Positions 29,482 through 32,000 of a stretch of 32,000 nt of DNA are shown one piece after another. A program made the translations under genes and the position numbers. The notes under the pieces were generated by a model. It had not been told where the DNA came from, made no database searches, and worked only from the letters and a program-made list of their open reading frames with translations. Positions within the stretch are counted from its first letter, which is position 1. Each line of letters starts with the position of its first letter. This stretch comes from Wolbachia endosymbiont of Drosophila innubila (GTDB taxonomy: Bacteria; Pseudomonadota; Alphaproteobacteria; Rickettsiales; Anaplasmataceae): positions 300,001 to 332,000 of the forward strand of contig NZ_CP076228.1 in the NCBI RefSeq assembly GCF_021378375.1. The letters run 5' to 3'.

Positions 29482-29520
29482 TCACTATATTGCTATAAAA
29501 TCTATAGCAGTATAGTGAAT
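29480..29520. promoter_or_regulatory. 18-bp imperfect inverted repeat overlapping the argS start codon
   Basis: ATTCACTATATTGCTATA-AAATC-TATAGCAGTATAGTGAAT, 1 mismatch in 18; the argS ATG is at 29479-29481. Confidence 0.6.
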
Positions 29521-29574
29521 AAGTGGGACTAGTTGAAGGTTTATCTTAACTATTTTATCTTCCTGGATCAGAGT

Positions 29575-29793
29575 TTATATTAAGTCGTTGCCGTAACCAT
29601 GGTAAGAGAAAGCCATACCTTCGCTGTAACCATCATTACCAGCATCAGGCTCTTCAACATCATCAGTTACTACCTGATCTTCAGTTGTGATTTTATCCTT
29701 GATCGTCTCGTCTACACCCTCATCACTATAAGAAAATTTGTTAGTATATGAATAGCGATTATTGATTTTATCACTATAGTTATGTTTTAACAT
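29575..29793 (-). CDS. Small acidic hypothetical protein
   Basis: 72 aa ORF with a strong Shine-Dalgarno (AGGAGGT, 29798-29804 on the complement) correctly spaced before its ATG. Confidence 0.6.
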   Translation of the reverse strand: MLKHNYSDKINNRYSYTNKFSYSDEGVDETIKDKITTEDQVVTDDVEEPDAGNDGYSEGMAFSYHGYGNDLI

Positions 29794-29988
29794 AGAGACC
29801 TCCTATACAGTCAAAATTGGAATTACATTAAGATAGAACAAGCTATGAATATAACGTGAATGAAAGAAACTACAGATCACGAAATTTCCGGATAACTATG
29901 GAACCATTATAAAATAATAAAATTAAAAATTTAATAATTTTAATTATAAATCTAGCATATCAACTAACGGTATGATTTAAATTTTCTT

Positions 29989-31695
29989 TCAATTCCACTG
30001 TATCTTCGCCAGTTTTGCATACAGCCCGTCTTTACTCATTAGAAAGTCATGAGTTCCTACTTCTTCTACTTTTCCATGATTAATTACTATAATCTTGTCA
30101 GTCTTGAGTGCGGTTGATAGCCTGTGTGTAATTACGATTGTTGTTCTGTTTTGCATTAACTTGCTCAATGCTTTTTGCACGAGGTTCTCACTTTTGTAAT
30201 CAAGGGCAGAGGTTGCTTCATCCAGTATTAAAACCTGAGGATTGTTGAGTATGGCCCTTGCTATTACAATACGTTGTTTTTGTCCTTCAGAAAGTTTTAA
30301 TCCTCTTTTTCCTACAAATGTATCAAATTTATCAGGCAGCTTATCAATAAATTCCATCGCATAAGCGCTGATGGCTGCTTGCTTCACTTCCTCATATTCG
30401 GCACCTGGTTTGCCATATAGTATATTTTCCATTATTGAGCAAGAAAATATCATGTGATCTTGTGGCACTAAGCCAAACAACGATCTGAGGTCATTTAGCG
30501 CAATTGACTTAATATTGTGCCCATCGATAGTAATGCTACCTTTGTTTGGATCATGAAAACGGAGCAGAAGCTTTAAAATGGTGCTTTTACCACTGCCAGA
30601 TGGTCCAACAATTGATACTGCTTGACCTGCCTCTATAGAAAATGATACGTTATCTAATGCTGGCTTATCAGCATAAAAAAATGTTACACCATTAAACGAA
30701 ATTCCTTTTTGAACACTATAAATTTTTATAGGATCATCGGCATCTACTATAGAGCTTTTCATATTTTTAAATTCAAATAAACGCTCTACTATTCCAAGAC
30801 CTCGTTGTAAATCACTGATATTATCGCTCAAATTATTTATAGCTCCTGCCGCAAGCGCTGAATAAAACACAAATGAGGAGAGTTCTCCAATAGTTATATT
30901 ATTGCTTAAGACTTCTTTAATACCAAAAAAGAGCAAAACAACTAGTGAACCTATCACACACGTGATAACTAGAGTTACTAGAATAGCACGCAAGAGTACT
31001 AATTTTACGTATGATTTTGATACTGAGTTTAAATACTCCTTAAAACGGGTTTTTTCATTTTCTTCGAGTACAAACGATTTGATAGTCACTATAGATCTAA
31101 AATTTTCCTCACTAAATGACGCAAGCTCACTTAATTTATCCTGGGCAAAGCGTGCATAGCTACGCACTTTTTTTCCAAGTGAGGTCATGATAATGAGTAG
31201 TATAGGTATTATTGCGGCTGCATACGCAGTTAGTTGTATATTTGTATATAATAACATAGCAACACTGCCAATCAGAATCACAAAATTTCGTAATATGGTT
31301 AGTAAGCTGCTGTTTATTATTGATTGCAGCACAGAGGTATCAGTAATTAACGCTGAGATAACATCTTGTACGCCTGTGTTCTCAAAGAAACTTGGTTGCA
31401 AGTTAGTGATACTGCTATATAAGTCATATCTGATTCTTGCGATAACTTTCTCGCTGCCAATGCCAATGAAATATAACCGAGTAAATGCAGTGAGAGAAAT
31501 GGCTAAAACTATAAGTATTGCAACTAATAGTTTGGTAGTAAAATCGTGCTCTGTGCCAGAATCAATTATATTGCTTAAGCCTCTGCCAAAGAGGAGGATC
31601 GTTAAGGCTGAAAATAAAACTGCAATAAAAGCTATGACAAAATAGGATAGATTAGGCTTTATATAGTAAAATAACTGCCTAATATTAGATCGCAT
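29989..31695 (-). CDS. ABC transporter, fused permease/ATPase (MsbA-like exporter)
   Basis: 568 aa: six-TM domain then SIVGPSGSGKSTILKLLLRFHDP, LSEGQKQRIVIARAILNNPQVLILDEATSALD. Confidence 0.93.
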   Translation of the reverse strand: MRSNIRQLFYYIKPNLSYFVIAFIAVLFSALTILLFGRGLSNIIDSGTEHDFTTKLLVAILIVLAISLTAFTRLYFIGIGSEKVIARIRYDLYSSITNLQPSFFENTGVQDVISALITDTSVLQSIINSSLLTILRNFVILIGSVAMLLYTNIQLTAYAAAIIPILLIIMTSLGKKVRSYARFAQDKLSELASFSEENFRSIVTIKSFVLEENEKTRFKEYLNSVSKSYVKLVLLRAILVTLVITCVIGSLVVLLFFGIKEVLSNNITIGELSSFVFYSALAAGAINNLSDNISDLQRGLGIVERLFEFKNMKSSIVDADDPIKIYSVQKGISFNGVTFFYADKPALDNVSFSIEAGQAVSIVGPSGSGKSTILKLLLRFHDPNKGSITIDGHNIKSIALNDLRSLFGLVPQDHMIFSCSIMENILYGKPGAEYEEVKQAAISAYAMEFIDKLPDKFDTFVGKRGLKLSEGQKQRIVIARAILNNPQVLILDEATSALDYKSENLVQKALSKLMQNRTTIVITHRLSTALKTDKIIVINHGKVEEVGTHDFLMSKDGLYAKLAKIQWN

Positions 31696-31842
31696 CTTAT
31701 TTTAAAGTTTCTAAAGTTAAGTATATAGATTTTAGTTTCAGGGGAAAGGGGAAAGGTGTAGTATGAAGCAATTTAGGTTCTGCAGCTGTTGTGATTTTAG
31801 TCCACCAAGAAAGGGTAGTAGCTCGCAGAAACAAAAAACTTA

Positions 31843-32000
31843 CTTGACAAACTCCGCCAGCCCCCTTATCATAAAATTGAAGCTATTGTATTTGCTTTCG
31901 CCAATCTGCAGATTAAAAGGTAAGGATTACTTAATGTATCGGCGTCTCATGTTCAATTTTTTGCAGTATATAGATACTGTATGTCTTTACAAAACTTCAT
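31843..32000. repeat. Intergenic repeat family, copy C (continues past the window)
   Basis: CTTGACAAACTCCGCCAGCCCCCTTATCATAAAATTGAAGCTATT...GGCGTCTCATGTTCAATTTTTTGCA matches copies A and B. Confidence 0.88.

Noticed and set aside
31187-31645. 152-aa plus-strand ORF inside the ABC transporter
   Set aside because: Antisense shadow of a clear membrane domain; low-complexity hydrophobic product.

Overview
AT-rich, gene-dense bacterial chromosome segment. Protein content and the palindromic repeats in and between genes strongly suggest a Wolbachia (Rickettsiales) genome; the taxon is an inference, no database was searched. Most of the window is conserved housekeeping sequence: ctaA (partial), a family 2 glycosyltransferase, F0 ATP synthase genes atpF/b-prime/atpE/atpB, pheT, ileS, miaB, hemJ, pdhA, an rluC-like gene, aspS, ccmA, an NhaC-like antiporter, argS and an MsbA-like ABC exporter. 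Accessory or lineage-restricted parts are an 829-aa membrane/coiled-coil protein with a duplicated acidic EEEEEFFDA motif, a POT-family peptide transporter, a RelE/RelB-like toxin-antitoxin pair and several repeat-filled intergenic regions. The most interesting observations are: (1) a 13-bp x3 tandem repeat that frameshifts a small gene, where deletion of exactly two copies restores one continuous ORF from an ATG with a good RBS; (2) two apparent in-frame palindromic-element insertions inside ileS; (3) a duplicated 3' tail of argS beside the toxin-antitoxin pair, and a duplicated 3' tail of miaB beside the POT transporter, suggesting a shared tail-duplication insertion pattern; (4) an 84-bp near-identical inverted repeat pair about 6 kb apart; (5) divergent direct repeats of about 450 bp flanking the NhaC-like gene. 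No CRISPR array, rRNA, tRNA or intact transposase was seen. I found no clear evidence of a complete new defence or secretion system.
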